From Burkholderiales bacterium (GTDB lineage: Bacteria > Pseudomonadota > Gammaproteobacteria > Burkholderiales > JBEEJL01), in contig JBAVRP010000007.1 in NCBI GenBank assembly GCA_049695115.1, forward strand, positions 38,772 through 102,771: a DNA stretch of 64,000 nucleotides, given 5' to 3'. The notes under the pieces are model-generated. The model was not told where the DNA came from. It searched no databases and was given only the letters and a program-made list of their open reading frames with translations. The position numbers and the translations under genes were made by a program. Of this stretch, positions 29,005 to 39,300 are shown one piece after another (position 1 is the first letter of the stretch; each line of letters starts with the position of its first letter).

Positions 29005-30081
29005 TCAACGCCTGGCTCGCGCGGCCAATTCGGCATAGCGCGCGAAAATTTTTCCTTGCTTGAGCATTTTCGCCACCGGCGCGGGTAAGCCCATCGCCGG
29101 TAATTCCTCTTCGCGCACCCACGCAACGCCCGTCTCGTGCGACTGATGGCGCGCCAACGTCACGACCAAAGGTTGCGGCGTGATATGCAAAGTGAAATGC
29201 GTAAAGCCGTGACTCACGACTTCGAGCCTTGGCAGCGGCGTCACGGTGACGCCGAAACGTTGCGAACATAGCTCGCCGATTTCTTCTCCCAACGCCACCT
29301 CCGGCAGGCTCCACAATCCGCCCCATATGCCCGTAGGCGGGCGCTTTTCCAGTAGCACGCGATGATCCTTGATGAATATCAGCATCACCACATGTTTTTC
29401 CGGGATGGTTTTTTTGGGTTTGCGCTGCGGCATTTCGTCTGTCCGCTCATCGCGGTAAGCCACGCATGCTTTTCGCAGCGGGCAATGCAGGCAATCGGGC
29501 TGGCTGCGCGTGCACACCGTCGCGCCCAAGTCCATCAACCCCTGCGTATAAACATCGACATGCTTCGGCGGCAACAGTGCTTCGGCCTCCACCCAGAGAT
29601 GGCTTTCGATCCTTTTGTCTCCGGGATAACCTTCCACGCCTAAATATCGCGCCAGCACGCGCTTGACGTTGCCGTCGAGAATCGCCGTGCGTGCGCCAAA
29701 ACAAAACGCACTAATGGCCGCCGCCGTGGAGCGGCCGATGCCAGGCAGTGCAAGTATGTCGTCGAATTTTTTCGGGAATTTACCGCAATGATCGCTGATG
29801 ATTTTTTTCGCGGCCTTGTGCAGATTACGCGCCCGCGAGTAATAGCCGAGCCCGGCCCATTGCGCCATCACCGCGTCGCCACTGGCCGCGGCCAAGGCGG
29901 TGATGTCGGGGAAATGTTGCAAAAAGCGGCGATAATAGGGAATCACCGTGCCGACCTGGGTTTGCTGCAGCATAATTTCCGCCAGCCACACGCGATACGG
30001 TTCGCGGGTGTTTTGCCACGGCAAATCATGGCGTCCTTCTTGCCTCTGCCAGTCGATGATTTGTTGTGCGAAGTCAGCCAT
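29005..30081 (-). CDS. mutY: A/G-specific adenine DNA glycosylase
   Basis: HhH-GPD block LPGIGRSTAAAI, the 4Fe-4S cluster C-x6-C-x2-C-x5-C (CTRSQPDCLHCPLRKAC), and a NUDIX-like C-terminal domain. Confidence 0.9.
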   Translation of the reverse strand: MADFAQQIIDWQRQEGRHDLPWQNTREPYRVWLAEIMLQQTQVGTVIPYYRRFLQHFPDITALAAASGDAVMAQWAGLGYYSRARNLHKAAKKIISDHCGKFPKKFDDILALPGIGRSTAAAISAFCFGARTAILDGNVKRVLARYLGVEGYPGDKRIESHLWVEAEALLPPKHVDVYTQGLMDLGATVCTRSQPDCLHCPLRKACVAYRDERTDEMPQRKPKKTIPEKHVVMLIFIKDHRVLLEKRPPTGIWGGLWSLPEVALGEEIGELCSQRFGVTVTPLPRLEVVSHGFTHFTLHITPQPLVVTLARHQSHETGVAWVREEELPAMGLPAPVAKMLKQGKIFARYAELAARARR

Positions 30082-30107
30082 AACTGAAGTGTAGCGCGCT
30101 GTGGTAG

Positions 30108-31865
30108 CTATTTCACGCTGCCGGATTTTACATAGTCCGATTTAACATCAATGCGCACATTAGTCGCGCGTTTGTCCGCTGAGATGAATTCACCGATGCG
30201 CATCACGCCGTTGGCATTCAGTTTTTTTATCCAACTCAAGTCCGGCAGGTCGGTTGGCTTGTTAGCGGAAGCGGCTTTGCCCTCTAGCCAGACAGTATTG
30301 AATAGACTTAAAAAAATATCAAAGCTATAGGCAGGTGACGCGAACCCGGCCATGCCGAATTTGCCGTCCAGTTTCGCGCCGTTGAGTTTGCCTTGCAGAT
30401 TTGCCTTCACGTTTTCGTGCTTCAAATCAGCTTTGACTGCGCCGCTGCCGTTCAACGCGAGCGGCTTGTTAAAATCTTTCGGTGCGATTTTTATATCCAA
30501 CGTCAATGAATTTAAATCGTATAGCCCCTGCTCCAGAATAATTTTCGCACTCGTTTTAATCGAACCTTCCAGCAAAAAATCTGCAGGCTGATAGCTGAAT
30601 TGAAGACTTAGCCGGTCTTTTGTAACTATTTGATTATTATTATATATTTGTACATTGCCGACGGCCTGTAATCTCATCGGCGCTTGGTTGATTAAGCCTT
30701 TTGCCTCCAGGTTAGCAGCTTGTAAATTTATTATTTCAACATGCTCGCCTGTGTCGTTAACATCATCCAGCGCACCGATTGTCAGCACAGATTCAATTGC
30801 ATCCGGCTTGGTTTGCGCGATTTTTTGCGCGCCAGATTTTTTCACCTCAGGCTTGGCCGTCCATTGCGTTACCAACTTTATTTCCTTGCCGCTCATGTGT
30901 GCATCAATGAAGCTGAATTCAGGCAAGGTCAGCGTGGTGTTGAGATGATAAGCGGAAGTTTGTTGCTCGGCCCGGCTGCTGATATCTTTCGCGCGCCAAT
31001 TTTTTCCTTGCTGCTCAGCTTCGGCGAACGAAACCTCGGCGTTCCATTTCTCCTCGCCGTTGGCCAACTGGCTTTGTAATTGCCACTCGCTAAAATGGGC
31101 TTGTTTTTTTGCGCCATCAAATGCCATCGCGCCCGTCGCGTTTAGTGTGATGTCATTCATCTTGTTCACGGCTTTCGACATGCCCTTGATAGAGAGGGTC
31201 AACTTTTCCAGGGAGAAATTTTGTTTGTTCAAATCGAACAGCAGCGGGCTTTTCAGGCCAACGTGTAAATTGTAATCGTCCTGATTCAAGCGCACATCAC
31301 CGTCAAAGCTGATATCTGTCGGCACGCCATTAGCGAGCCGGCCCACTTGCAAGTTCGCATTACTCACTTTCCATTGAGTCTGTTGGTCGTCGAATAGCCA
31401 GGCCGCGCGATTTATTTTCAAGCTCTTGATGTCGAACGCCGGCAGAGCGCCGCCGCCAGCGGATAAAAAATCATCGATGTTCATCGTCCCGTCGCGGAAG
31501 CGTTTGACGTTAACCAACGGCGCTTCCAGTTCCAGTTTGTTCACCTCCAGCCGTCCATCGATTAGCGGCCACAACATCAAAAAAATATTTGCCGACTCTA
31601 CGCTGGCAAAAACCTCCGCGCCATTCTTTTCCATCAATCGAACGGGTCCACTTTCAATATGCACAACTGGGAACAAGGATATTTTCAGATTTCCGGGAAT
31701 ATCCAGTTTGCGCTGGTATTTTTGCTGGAAAAAATCCGTGATGCGCGGCTTTAAATCGTTCGGGTCGAAAGTCTTGATTACGAATGCGAAGATGGCTAGT
31801 GCCAGCAGCAACAAAATCAGGAAAGCAATAAGTGAAATTTTCCCGATTTTTTTCAAGGCGAACAC
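30108..31865 (-). CDS. AsmA-family outer-membrane biogenesis protein
   Basis: N-terminal anchor helix plus long beta-rich repetitive sequence. 585 aa. Confidence 0.8.
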   Translation of the reverse strand: MFALKKIGKISLIAFLILLLLALAIFAFVIKTFDPNDLKPRITDFFQQKYQRKLDIPGNLKISLFPVVHIESGPVRLMEKNGAEVFASVESANIFLMLWPLIDGRLEVNKLELEAPLVNVKRFRDGTMNIDDFLSAGGGALPAFDIKSLKINRAAWLFDDQQTQWKVSNANLQVGRLANGVPTDISFDGDVRLNQDDYNLHVGLKSPLLFDLNKQNFSLEKLTLSIKGMSKAVNKMNDITLNATGAMAFDGAKKQAHFSEWQLQSQLANGEEKWNAEVSFAEAEQQGKNWRAKDISSRAEQQTSAYHLNTTLTLPEFSFIDAHMSGKEIKLVTQWTAKPEVKKSGAQKIAQTKPDAIESVLTIGALDDVNDTGEHVEIINLQAANLEAKGLINQAPMRLQAVGNVQIYNNNQIVTKDRLSLQFSYQPADFLLEGSIKTSAKIILEQGLYDLNSLTLDIKIAPKDFNKPLALNGSGAVKADLKHENVKANLQGKLNGAKLDGKFGMAGFASPAYSFDIFLSLFNTVWLEGKAASANKPTDLPDLSWIKKLNANGVMRIGEFISADKRATNVRIDVKSDYVKSGSVK

Positions 31866-31904
31866 TCTGTTGAAGCGCGGCGTGGATTCGCTGCGGGGAA
31901 ATCA

Positions 31905-31978
31905 TGGAGCGGGTGAAGGGAATCGAACCCTCGTCGTAAGTATGGGAAACTTCTGCTCTGCCATTGAGCTACACCCGC
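31905..31978 (-). tRNA. tRNA-Gly(CCC)
   Basis: The reverse complement GCGGGTGTAGCTCAATGGCAGAGCAGAAGTTTCCCATACTTACGACGAGGGTTCGATTCCCTTCACCCGCTCCA gives a 74-nt cloverleaf with anticodon loop TTCCCAT. It is close to E. coli glyU as I remember it. Confidence 0.9.
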
Positions 31979-31999
31979 ATGGTTTAACACATTATTTAT

Positions 32000-32122
32000 T
32001 ACGAGGGTTCCGCATCCGCATCGGGGTCTCATCCCGCTTCGCGGGTCCCTGCTCCGCCCTCCTGCGCATACACCCTCATCGTAAGCATGGGAATCATTGC
32101 TCTACCATCCCTCGACTTCCCC
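32000..32122 (-). pseudogene. Decayed tRNA-Gly(CCC)-derived copy with a roughly 60-nt GC-rich insertion in the T-arm position
   Basis: 32072-32113 (accctcatcgtaagcatgggaatcattgctctaccat) matches the intact gene (accctcgtcgtaagtatgggaaacttctgctctgccat), including the CCC anticodon triplet. The acceptor and anticodon stems no longer pair. Confidence 0.5.
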
Positions 32123-32686
32123 TAATATTTTATTTTGTCATATCCCCAGCCCTCGCGTCAGTAACATGTTCGCTTAGCCCTTAGTTTTTCAATTTCAGGC
32201 TGTTGCACGACGAGCCATACAATGCGTCACTATTCGTTCCAATTACTTCACAATTTTTTACAAAATCGCATTTAATCAGCCCATCCAGAACAAGCAAAAG
32301 CCGATTCAAACGTAGTTTGTCGCAAACAGGCAACAAAACTAATAAATATATCTTATTGATTATATTTATATTTTTAATTACTACGCTGCAAAACCTTGTG
32401 CTTTTATGCAACGACCATACACTTTGGTACAGGAATTGCCTTAAGCTAATTGCACTGCGACAGCTCAACTTCACTTGGCCTCCCGGCCTAATGGCTACCG
32501 GCGCCTGATGCCACCAATATCATCCGCCATTCGCATACGAAGTCTTTGATTAGCTTTTGTATTATCAGAACGCAAATCTTGATTAATTGTTTTCAGCTGG
32601 TTTTGTAACGGCAACATCGCAGTAAAATGAATTCCGGGGTCCTATCCGGGGTCGCAATAATTAATTTTTAACCAGGAGGCACTAAA

Positions 32687-33865
32687 ATGAACAAACGTAA
32701 CCTGCTTCAACTCGCAGTATGCAGCGCCCTCGCAGTGTTGGCCGCCCCCGCGCAAGCGATCAACTTCACCCAGGGCGACTGGAACATGGACATCAACGGC
32801 ACGGTGAATGGTTTTTATACGAATACCAATTGCAGCAACAATGCTGGTGCCTCACAGTGGGCCACTTTGTCGGCTTGCAACGACAACAACAATCACAGCG
32901 CGATTCAAAACGGCTTGCTGCCGGGCTGGATCAGCTTTGTTGCCACCACGCGCCAAAACGATCTGGATATCAAAGCCCACTTCGGTTTTGCGCCGGGTAC
33001 ATCATTCAATGGCACCGGCGCACGCGGCGCTCAACTCCTGGGTGACGTGCGTAACGTGTATCTGAGTTTCGGCGACAAAAGCTGGGGTTCGGTTAAGGCT
33101 GGCCGCGACATTGGTCTGTTCCAACAGCAAGCGATTCTCGCTGACATGACCTTGCTGGGTGTAGGCGGCATGGCGCAAACCTCAGGCGCACTCAACACCA
33201 CCACCGGTCTGATCGGCAAAGGGTATATGTACACTGCGTTCCAACCGCAAATTACCTACTCGACTCCAAACTACAGCGGGTTCCAAGGCTCCATCGGCGT
33301 GTTCCAACCTGCAGATGTCAGTTCCAATGTCACTGCCGGTCCAGTCTACAATGTGCATAGCGGCCCAATGCTGCAAGGCATGGCGACCTATGACTTCCCC
33401 GCCAGCAACATGACCGGTAAGGCATGGGCTTCTTTTGTCAGCCAAAGCGCCAAGAATGCTGCTGGCACATCAGTCGATTCCTCCGGCTTTGAACTCGGCG
33501 GCAAAATAGGTGTGGCCGGTTTTGAAGGTACGTTGGTCGGATTCGACGGCAAGGGAATAGGCGATGCACTATTATTTGCGCAAGGCGTTGATGCCGCCGG
33601 CAACACCATGAAGACCCAAGGTTTTCTCGGACAATTGACATACAAACCGCCGGGCCTTTCGACCAAATTTGGCGTCAACTATGGTGAAACCAAAAACAAA
33701 GATATCCCGGGTGCCAAAAATAAGGCCGTTACGTTGGGCGTGTATCACAGCCTGACCAAGAGTCTAACTTTAGTGGGCGAATACATTGACGAAAAAACCC
33801 AGCAAACGAGCGCAACCGACGCCAACGGCAAAACCATCGCCCTGGGCGCGATTCTGTTTTTCTAA
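32687..33865 (+). CDS. Gram-negative general porin (OmpC/PorB-like beta-barrel)
   Basis: Signal peptide ending AQA, alternating beta-strand pattern, and a C-terminal aromatic residue (ALGAILFF). Confidence 0.85.
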   Translation: MNKRNLLQLAVCSALAVLAAPAQAINFTQGDWNMDINGTVNGFYTNTNCSNNAGASQWATLSACNDNNNHSAIQNGLLPGWISFVATTRQNDLDIKAHFGFAPGTSFNGTGARGAQLLGDVRNVYLSFGDKSWGSVKAGRDIGLFQQQAILADMTLLGVGGMAQTSGALNTTTGLIGKGYMYTAFQPQITYSTPNYSGFQGSIGVFQPADVSSNVTAGPVYNVHSGPMLQGMATYDFPASNMTGKAWASFVSQSAKNAAGTSVDSSGFELGGKIGVAGFEGTLVGFDGKGIGDALLFAQGVDAAGNTMKTQGFLGQLTYKPPGLSTKFGVNYGETKNKDIPGAKNKAVTLGVYHSLTKSLTLVGEYIDEKTQQTSATDANGKTIALGAILFF

Positions 33866-33900
33866 AATAGCTTCCGCATAATTAAAGTTGTACTAAATCA

Positions 33901-33928
33901 AACGGCGCCTTCGAGCGCCGTTTTTTTC
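33901..33928 (+). terminator. Intrinsic terminator after the porin gene
   Basis: aacggcgc-cttcga-gcgccgtt followed by a T7 run. Confidence 0.75.
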
Positions 33929-34034
33929 GAGCCAATTTTGCGGCTTGGGAATGAAGGAATGCGCCCGTCCTCCACGTCGGCTGAGCGTGGTAAAATATCT
34001 ATGTCATTTAAACATCATTATTTACTTCACTCAT

Positions 34035-34238
34035 ATGATTTCTCTCACGGTCAATGGTACCCGGCATCGCTTCGACAACTCGCCGAACGTGACGCAATTG
34101 CTTGAGCAACTCGATCTCAAAGGCAAGCGCATTGCCGTCGAGCGCAATGGCGAGATCGTTCCGCGCAGCCGTTTTGCCGATGAAGTTTTATGCGACGGCG
34201 ACAAACTGGAAATCGTCGTGGCAGTGGGGGGAGGTTAA
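34035..34238 (+). CDS. thiS: Sulfur carrier protein ThiS
   Basis: 67 aa ending VVAVGGG, immediately upstream of thiG. Confidence 0.9.
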   Translation: MISLTVNGTRHRFDNSPNVTQLLEQLDLKGKRIAVERNGEIVPRSRFADEVLCDGDKLEIVVAVGGG

Positions 34239-34242
34239 TGAA

Positions 34243-35040
34243 ATGAATTTGCAAGACACAGACAATATTATTATCGCCGGCAAAACTTACACGTCTCGCC
34301 TGCTCGTTGGTACCGGTAAATACAAGGACTTCGCGGAAACGAAATCGGCGATTGACGCCAGTGGCGCGCAAATCGTTACCGTTGCCATCCGCCGAACCAA
34401 CATTGGGCAGAATCCGAACGAACCGAGCCTGCTGGATGTGCTGCCAGCGTCGCAATACACGCTGCTGCCAAATACTGCCGGGTGCTATAGCGCGGATGAC
34501 GCGGTGCGCACGCTGCGCCTCGCGCGTGAATTGCTTGATGGCCATAAATTAGTAAAGCTGGAAGTGTTGGGCGACGCGAAAACTTTGTTTCCCAACATGC
34601 CGGAAACTTTAGCCGCGGCGAAAACCCTCGTGAAAGACGGCTTCGATGTGATGGTCTATTGCAGCGACGATCCCATCATGGCGAAGCAATTGGAAGACAT
34701 CGGCTGCGTCGCGGTGATGCCGCTGGCGTCGCTGATCGGCTCGGGCATGGGCATTTTGAACCCGTGGAATTTGCAATTGATTATCGAGGCGGCCAAAGTG
34801 CCGGTGATCGTCGATGCCGGCGTCGGCACAGCGAGCGATGCAGCGATTGCCATGGAGTTGGGTTGCGACGGCGTGTTGATGAATACAGCGATTGCTGCGG
34901 CGAAAAATCCCGTGTTAATGGCGAGTGCAATGAGAAAAGGCGTGGAAGCGGGACGCGAAGCATTTCTGGCCGGGCGCATGGCGAAAAAGTTTTATGGCGC
35001 GAGTCCGAGTTCGCCAACGGGTGGAATGATAGGTTCATAA
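34243..35040 (+). CDS. thiG: Thiazole synthase
   Basis: [29 protein letters not shown]. Confidence 0.95.
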   Translation: MNLQDTDNIIIAGKTYTSRLLVGTGKYKDFAETKSAIDASGAQIVTVAIRRTNIGQNPNEPSLLDVLPASQYTLLPNTAGCYSADDAVRTLRLARELLDGHKLVKLEVLGDAKTLFPNMPETLAAAKTLVKDGFDVMVYCSDDPIMAKQLEDIGCVAVMPLASLIGSGMGILNPWNLQLIIEAAKVPVIVDAGVGTASDAAIAMELGCDGVLMNTAIAAAKNPVLMASAMRKGVEAGREAFLAGRMAKKFYGASPSSPTGGMIGS

Positions 35041-35047
35041 AACTCCG

Positions 35048-35725
35048 ATGCCCGAAACTCATCACGCTCACATACGCAGTTATGTTTTACGCCAGGGTCG
35101 CGTGTCGAATGCGCAAGGCCGCGCAGTGGAAAATCTGTTACCGAAATATGGCATTCCTTTTTCTGCGCAACTAATTGATTATATTAAATTATTTAACAGA
35201 GTAGCGCCGACCATTCTGGAAATCGGATTCGGCATGGGCGAAACCACGGCGACCATTGCTGCAACCAATCCGCACAATAATTATCTTGCCATAGAAGTAC
35301 ATACACCGGGCGTCGGTAATTTACTCAAAGAAATCGACGCGCAACAACTGAATAATTTACGCATCCTTCAACACGATGCGATCGAAGTATTGCGCGATAT
35401 GATTCCAGCTACGTCAGTCGCGGGCGTGCATATTTTTTTCCCCGACCCATGGCCGAAAAAACGCCATCACAAACGTAGGCTGATTCAAACACCGTTGGTG
35501 AAATTGCTATGCGAAAAACTTCAGCCCGGCGCCTATGTTCATGTGGCGACCGATTGGCAGGAATACGCCGAGCATATTCTCACCACGTTATCCGCTGAGC
35601 CACTGCTCGCAAATTATGTCGCTGATTACGCGCCCCGCCCCGCCTATCGGCCGCTCACCAAGTTCGAGCAGCGCGGCCTGAAGCTCGGCCATGGCGTATG
35701 GGATATTATTTTCACCAGGAAGTAA
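35048..35725 (+). CDS. trmB: tRNA (guanine46-N7)-methyltransferase
   Basis: [12 protein letters not shown] motif, [14 protein letters not shown] block. Confidence 0.9.
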   Translation: MPETHHAHIRSYVLRQGRVSNAQGRAVENLLPKYGIPFSAQLIDYIKLFNRVAPTILEIGFGMGETTATIAATNPHNNYLAIEVHTPGVGNLLKEIDAQQLNNLRILQHDAIEVLRDMIPATSVAGVHIFFPDPWPKKRHHKRRLIQTPLVKLLCEKLQPGAYVHVATDWQEYAEHILTTLSAEPLLANYVADYAPRPAYRPLTKFEQRGLKLGHGVWDIIFTRK

Positions 35726-35735
35726 ATAAAGCTGT

Positions 35736-36689
35736 ATGCGAATTTTTCGAATTTCGTTTTCACAAAGATTTTCTACAGCTGGTCTAATCATATTGCTCGC
35801 TGCCTGTTCTACAATTCAATCTGGGCCGGATTTCAAACCTGCTGATGAAAATATAGCGCTCAAAAATTCTTTGCACACTTTGCTCATCGCGGGAGACATT
35901 GCCGATTGCCAATTTAGACCTGCATCGCTAAGCGGCGCCGCGAAAACCGCTCCGCTGGTCGAAGCGGCCCTGCACAGTGCCGCCGGCAACAGCAGCGTAA
36001 TTACACTTGGCGACCATACCTACCCCGACGGCGCGGCGCAGGAATTCGACGATTGTTATTCCCCCAGTTGGGGACGCTTTAAGAACATAACCCACCCCAG
36101 TCCAGGCAATCATGATTACAACACGCCTCTCGCAGCGGGCTATTACGATTATTTCGCCGACCGCGCCGGGCCTGCGCGCCGCGGTTATTACAGTTACGAC
36201 ATTGCCGGCTGGCATATTGTCTCGCTCAACAGCAACATCGACGCCGCAATGGATTCTGCACAAATGCAGTGGCTGCGCGATGACCTTGCAGCGAGCAAAG
36301 CCCTTTGCACTATCGCTTACTGGCACCACCCTTTATTTACATCGGGTATGCGCGGCAACTTCGGCCAGATGAAGACGGCATGGAAAATTTTGCATAATGC
36401 CGGCGCTGACGTGGTGCTGTCAGCCCATGACCACCACTATGAACGCTTTGCGCCGCAGGACGCTGAAGGAAATACCGACACCACGCAAGGCATCAGGGAA
36501 TTCATGGTTGGAACCGGCGGTGCAAACCTGTCCCGCATTATGGAGAATCCTCGATTGAATAGTGAAGCGCGGGACAATTCCAGCCATGGAATTTTGCGCT
36601 TGGAATTGGCGCAAGGAAAATATAGATGGGATTTCTTGCCGGTATCAGGAGGGAATTACCGCGACAGTGGCATAGGAAGCTGCCATTAG
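35736..36689 (+). CDS. Metallophosphoesterase (calcineurin-like) lipoprotein
   Basis: Lipobox LLAACS. Phosphoesterase motifs GDxxY (LGDHTYPDG), GNHD (PGNHDY) and SAHDHHYE. Confidence 0.8.
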   Translation: MRIFRISFSQRFSTAGLIILLAACSTIQSGPDFKPADENIALKNSLHTLLIAGDIADCQFRPASLSGAAKTAPLVEAALHSAAGNSSVITLGDHTYPDGAAQEFDDCYSPSWGRFKNITHPSPGNHDYNTPLAAGYYDYFADRAGPARRGYYSYDIAGWHIVSLNSNIDAAMDSAQMQWLRDDLAASKALCTIAYWHHPLFTSGMRGNFGQMKTAWKILHNAGADVVLSAHDHHYERFAPQDAEGNTDTTQGIREFMVGTGGANLSRIMENPRLNSEARDNSSHGILRLELAQGKYRWDFLPVSGGNYRDSGIGSCH

Positions 36690-36699
36690 ACCTGGTCGA

Positions 36700-37890
36700 T
36701 TATTTTTCGCGCAAAAAAATCTGCAGCAAATCGTTCAAAAACAAGCGGCCTTTTTCGGTCGGCTTGATATTGAGGTAGTCGCGCTCTATCAATCCTTGCG
36801 CTTCGGCTTCGCGCAATTCTTTTTCCACCATGCTTAGCGGCAGCGACGTGCGCTCCCTAAACAGCGGCACGGCAAATCCTTCACGCAAACGCAACGCGTT
36901 CATCATGAACTCAAACGGGAGTTCATTGCGCGATACATCGTGCTCTTCCTGCACATGTTCCGCGCGCGCGACGGTGTCCATATAGGTTTGCGGATGCTTA
37001 CGCCGCATCATGCGTAATACATTGTTTTTATTTGATATTTTGCTATGCGCGCCAGCGCCGATGCCGAGGTAGTCGCCGAACTGCCAGTAATTCAAATTAT
37101 GTTTACTGCGACGATCCGTTTCGGCGAACGCGGACGTTTCGTAATTTTCATAACCGGCATCGCGTAATTTTCTTTCGATGGCCTGCTGCATGTCGGCGGC
37201 CGCATCGTCGTTGGGCAATTTGGGTGGATGGCGATAGAACAGGGTATTCGGCTCGAGCGTTAAGTGATAGGCAGAAAGATGCGGCGGTTTGAACGACAAG
37301 GCTGTGTCGATGTCCTGCAACGCTTCGTCCAGCGTTTGGTTAGGTAACGCATACATGATGTCGAAATTAAAATTCTCAAAATCTTGTTTGGCGATGTCGA
37401 CTGAGCGGCGGGCTTCCTGGTCATCGTGGATGCGTCCCAGTGCTTTGAGATGCATCGGGTTAAAACTTTGGATGCCAATCGACAAACGATTGATGCCGCT
37501 TTTCGCGTACGCAGAAAATTTTTCTGCTTCAAAGGTTCCCGGATTCGCTTCCAGAGTAATTTCCGCGTTGGGTTCCGGCCGCACCAGCGCGCGCACTGCG
37601 GCGAGGATGTCGTCGAGCGCGGCGGCGGACAGCAAACTCGGCGTGCCGCCGCCGAAAAATACGCTGTGTACTTTGCGGCCGTAAATTTGCGGAATGGCTT
37701 GTTCCAGATCATGAATCAGCGCAGCGACGTATTGCTTTTCCGGGTGTGCGCCCTTTACCTCGTGCGAATTAAAATCGCAATACGGGCATTTTTTAACGCA
37801 CCACGGAATGTGGATATATAAGGATAGCGGCGGCAGTGCGGTGAAATGAATGCCGGAAGTTGAGAAAGGAATCAAAGTGGTGGTAAGCAT
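36700..37890 (-). CDS. hemW: Radical SAM heme chaperone HemW (HemN-like, oxygen-independent coproporphyrinogen oxidase family)
   Basis: CxxxCxxC block CVKKCPYCDF, GGGTPS, in the rdgB-hemW context. Confidence 0.9.
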   Translation of the reverse strand: MLTTTLIPFSTSGIHFTALPPLSLYIHIPWCVKKCPYCDFNSHEVKGAHPEKQYVAALIHDLEQAIPQIYGRKVHSVFFGGGTPSLLSAAALDDILAAVRALVRPEPNAEITLEANPGTFEAEKFSAYAKSGINRLSIGIQSFNPMHLKALGRIHDDQEARRSVDIAKQDFENFNFDIMYALPNQTLDEALQDIDTALSFKPPHLSAYHLTLEPNTLFYRHPPKLPNDDAAADMQQAIERKLRDAGYENYETSAFAETDRRSKHNLNYWQFGDYLGIGAGAHSKISNKNNVLRMMRRKHPQTYMDTVARAEHVQEEHDVSRNELPFEFMMNALRLREGFAVPLFRERTSLPLSMVEKELREAEAQGLIERDYLNIKPTEKGRLFLNDLLQIFLREK

Positions 37891-37894
37891 ATAG

Positions 37895-38488
37895 CTATTT
37901 TATGCCACGCTTTATTTTCTCAATCAAACATACCAGCGCTTTGCCCCGATGGCTGATTTTATTTTTTTCATCATGCGTCAGCTCCGCCGACATCTTGCCC
38001 AACTCAGGCAAAAAGAATAACGGATCGTAACCGAAACCGCCGCTGCCACGCGGCTCGCGGGCAATCTCACCACGCCACGCTCCTTCGGCAATAATCGGCT
38101 GCGGATCATCAGCATGCCTCAGCATCACCAGCACGCAATAATAGTGGGCATTGCGGTTGCTCTGATTTTTCATCCCATCGAGTAACGCTGTATTATTGCG
38201 TTCGTCGGATTTTGGCAGACCGGCGTAATGCGCGGAATATACGCCAGGCGCGCCGTTGAGTGCATCAACGCAAATACCAGAATCGTCCGCCAGCGCCGGC
38301 AGGCCGGAGAGCTTGCTCGCATGGCGCGCTTTCGCCAAGGCGTTTTCAATGAATGTCTGATGCGGCTCTTCCGCTTCGGGGATATTGAACGCCGATTGCG
38401 GCAATACTTCCCAACTAAGCGACGCGAGCACCCGCTGGATTTCCCTGAGTTTGCCTGGGTTATTGGACGCGATGACCAGCTTTTTCAT
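37895..38488 (-). CDS. rdgB: dITP/XTP pyrophosphatase (Ham1/RdgB)
   Basis: LVIASNNPGKLREI, FGYDPLFF, ISHRGKAL. Confidence 0.9.
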   Translation of the reverse strand: MKKLVIASNNPGKLREIQRVLASLSWEVLPQSAFNIPEAEEPHQTFIENALAKARHASKLSGLPALADDSGICVDALNGAPGVYSAHYAGLPKSDERNNTALLDGMKNQSNRNAHYYCVLVMLRHADDPQPIIAEGAWRGEIAREPRGSGGFGYDPLFFLPELGKMSAELTHDEKNKISHRGKALVCLIEKIKRGIK

Positions 38489-39300
38489 GGCTTATTTAGG
38501 GATGCAATAAACTCTGCTTGCAGCGATTCTACATTGCCGTCAAATGCGCGCCTGAAGGCGTTGGAAAAAATTTCGCCGTCCTGCAGGTTGAGCAAAAATT
38601 GCTTAAAGCGCTGCCCGTCGCGCTTGTTCAAATAGGCGATAAACATCATGCCCTGTCGGTAAAACAAATGCGAGCCGTTCGCCATGCTTGTCAATGAACC
38701 TGATTGGTCTTGCGACAATCGGCTTCCACTTTGATACGGTGGAAAAATTTTCCCTGCTGCTATCTGCAGCCTTGCGTCGTCAGATGAAACGGCTTCCGCA
38801 CCGCTGCCGTTTGCGACAAATGTGGCCAAACCTTCGTTAAACCAGGCGGGGTAATCGACAAAATTCATCTGCTGTTGCTGGTTGAGATGCAAATGAGAAA
38901 GCTCGTGCGTCAGCACTGGTGCGATGCTTGCCGGGCGGCTCAGCAAAACCGGATTGAGGAACAAGCCTTGGGTAGGATGCACGCCGCCGCGGACATTTTC
39001 GCTCTGGCCGGAGAGTCGGGCAAAGCTTTGCGGCGTATAGCAGACATAGACGACGACTGGCTTTTGGAACGGTCGGTAGTGCAGGGTTTCGACTTGCCGA
39101 ATCGCATGGTCAAGATGCGGCATGGTCAGCACGGCTAATTGTTCCGCGCCTGACTCGTAACGAATCCGGTTGTCCGCAGCCAGAGGAAGGAAATGATCAG
39201 TGGAAGCAAAATGCGCCGATACGATTTTCATCGCCGCGCAGCCGGTGTAGAGCGGTGTCGTGATTAAAATTAATGCAAGCAGGGTAAAATTCCGGATCAT
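38485..39300 (-). CDS. Putative zinc metalloprotease lipoprotein (HEXXH), family uncertain
   Basis: Lipobox-like LYTGC and the HELSHLH motif. 271 aa. Confidence 0.55.
   Translation of the reverse strand: MIRNFTLLALILITTPLYTGCAAMKIVSAHFASTDHFLPLAADNRIRYESGAEQLAVLTMPHLDHAIRQVETLHYRPFQKPVVVYVCYTPQSFARLSGQSENVRGGVHPTQGLFLNPVLLSRPASIAPVLTHELSHLHLNQQQQMNFVDYPAWFNEGLATFVANGSGAEAVSSDDARLQIAAGKIFPPYQSGSRLSQDQSGSLTSMANGSHLFYRQGMMFIAYLNKRDGQRFKQFLLNLQDGEIFSNAFRRAFDGNVESLQAEFIASLNKP

Noticed and set aside
32181-32508. Two overlapping antisense ORFs (97 aa on the minus strand, 101 aa on the plus strand) in the AT-rich tract.
   Set aside because: Their composition is low-complexity (Ile/Leu/Lys/Asn-rich), they exclude each other, they have no RBS, and no family resemblance was seen. 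They are most likely chance ORFs in AT-rich noncoding DNA.
33929-34034. Expected TPP riboswitch upstream of thiS-thiG.
   Set aside because: The conserved THI-box elements (CUGAGA ... ACCUGAUCUGGAUAAUGCCAGCG) are absent; only a weak ctgagc is present. The thiC riboswitch, if any, would lie beyond position 64000.
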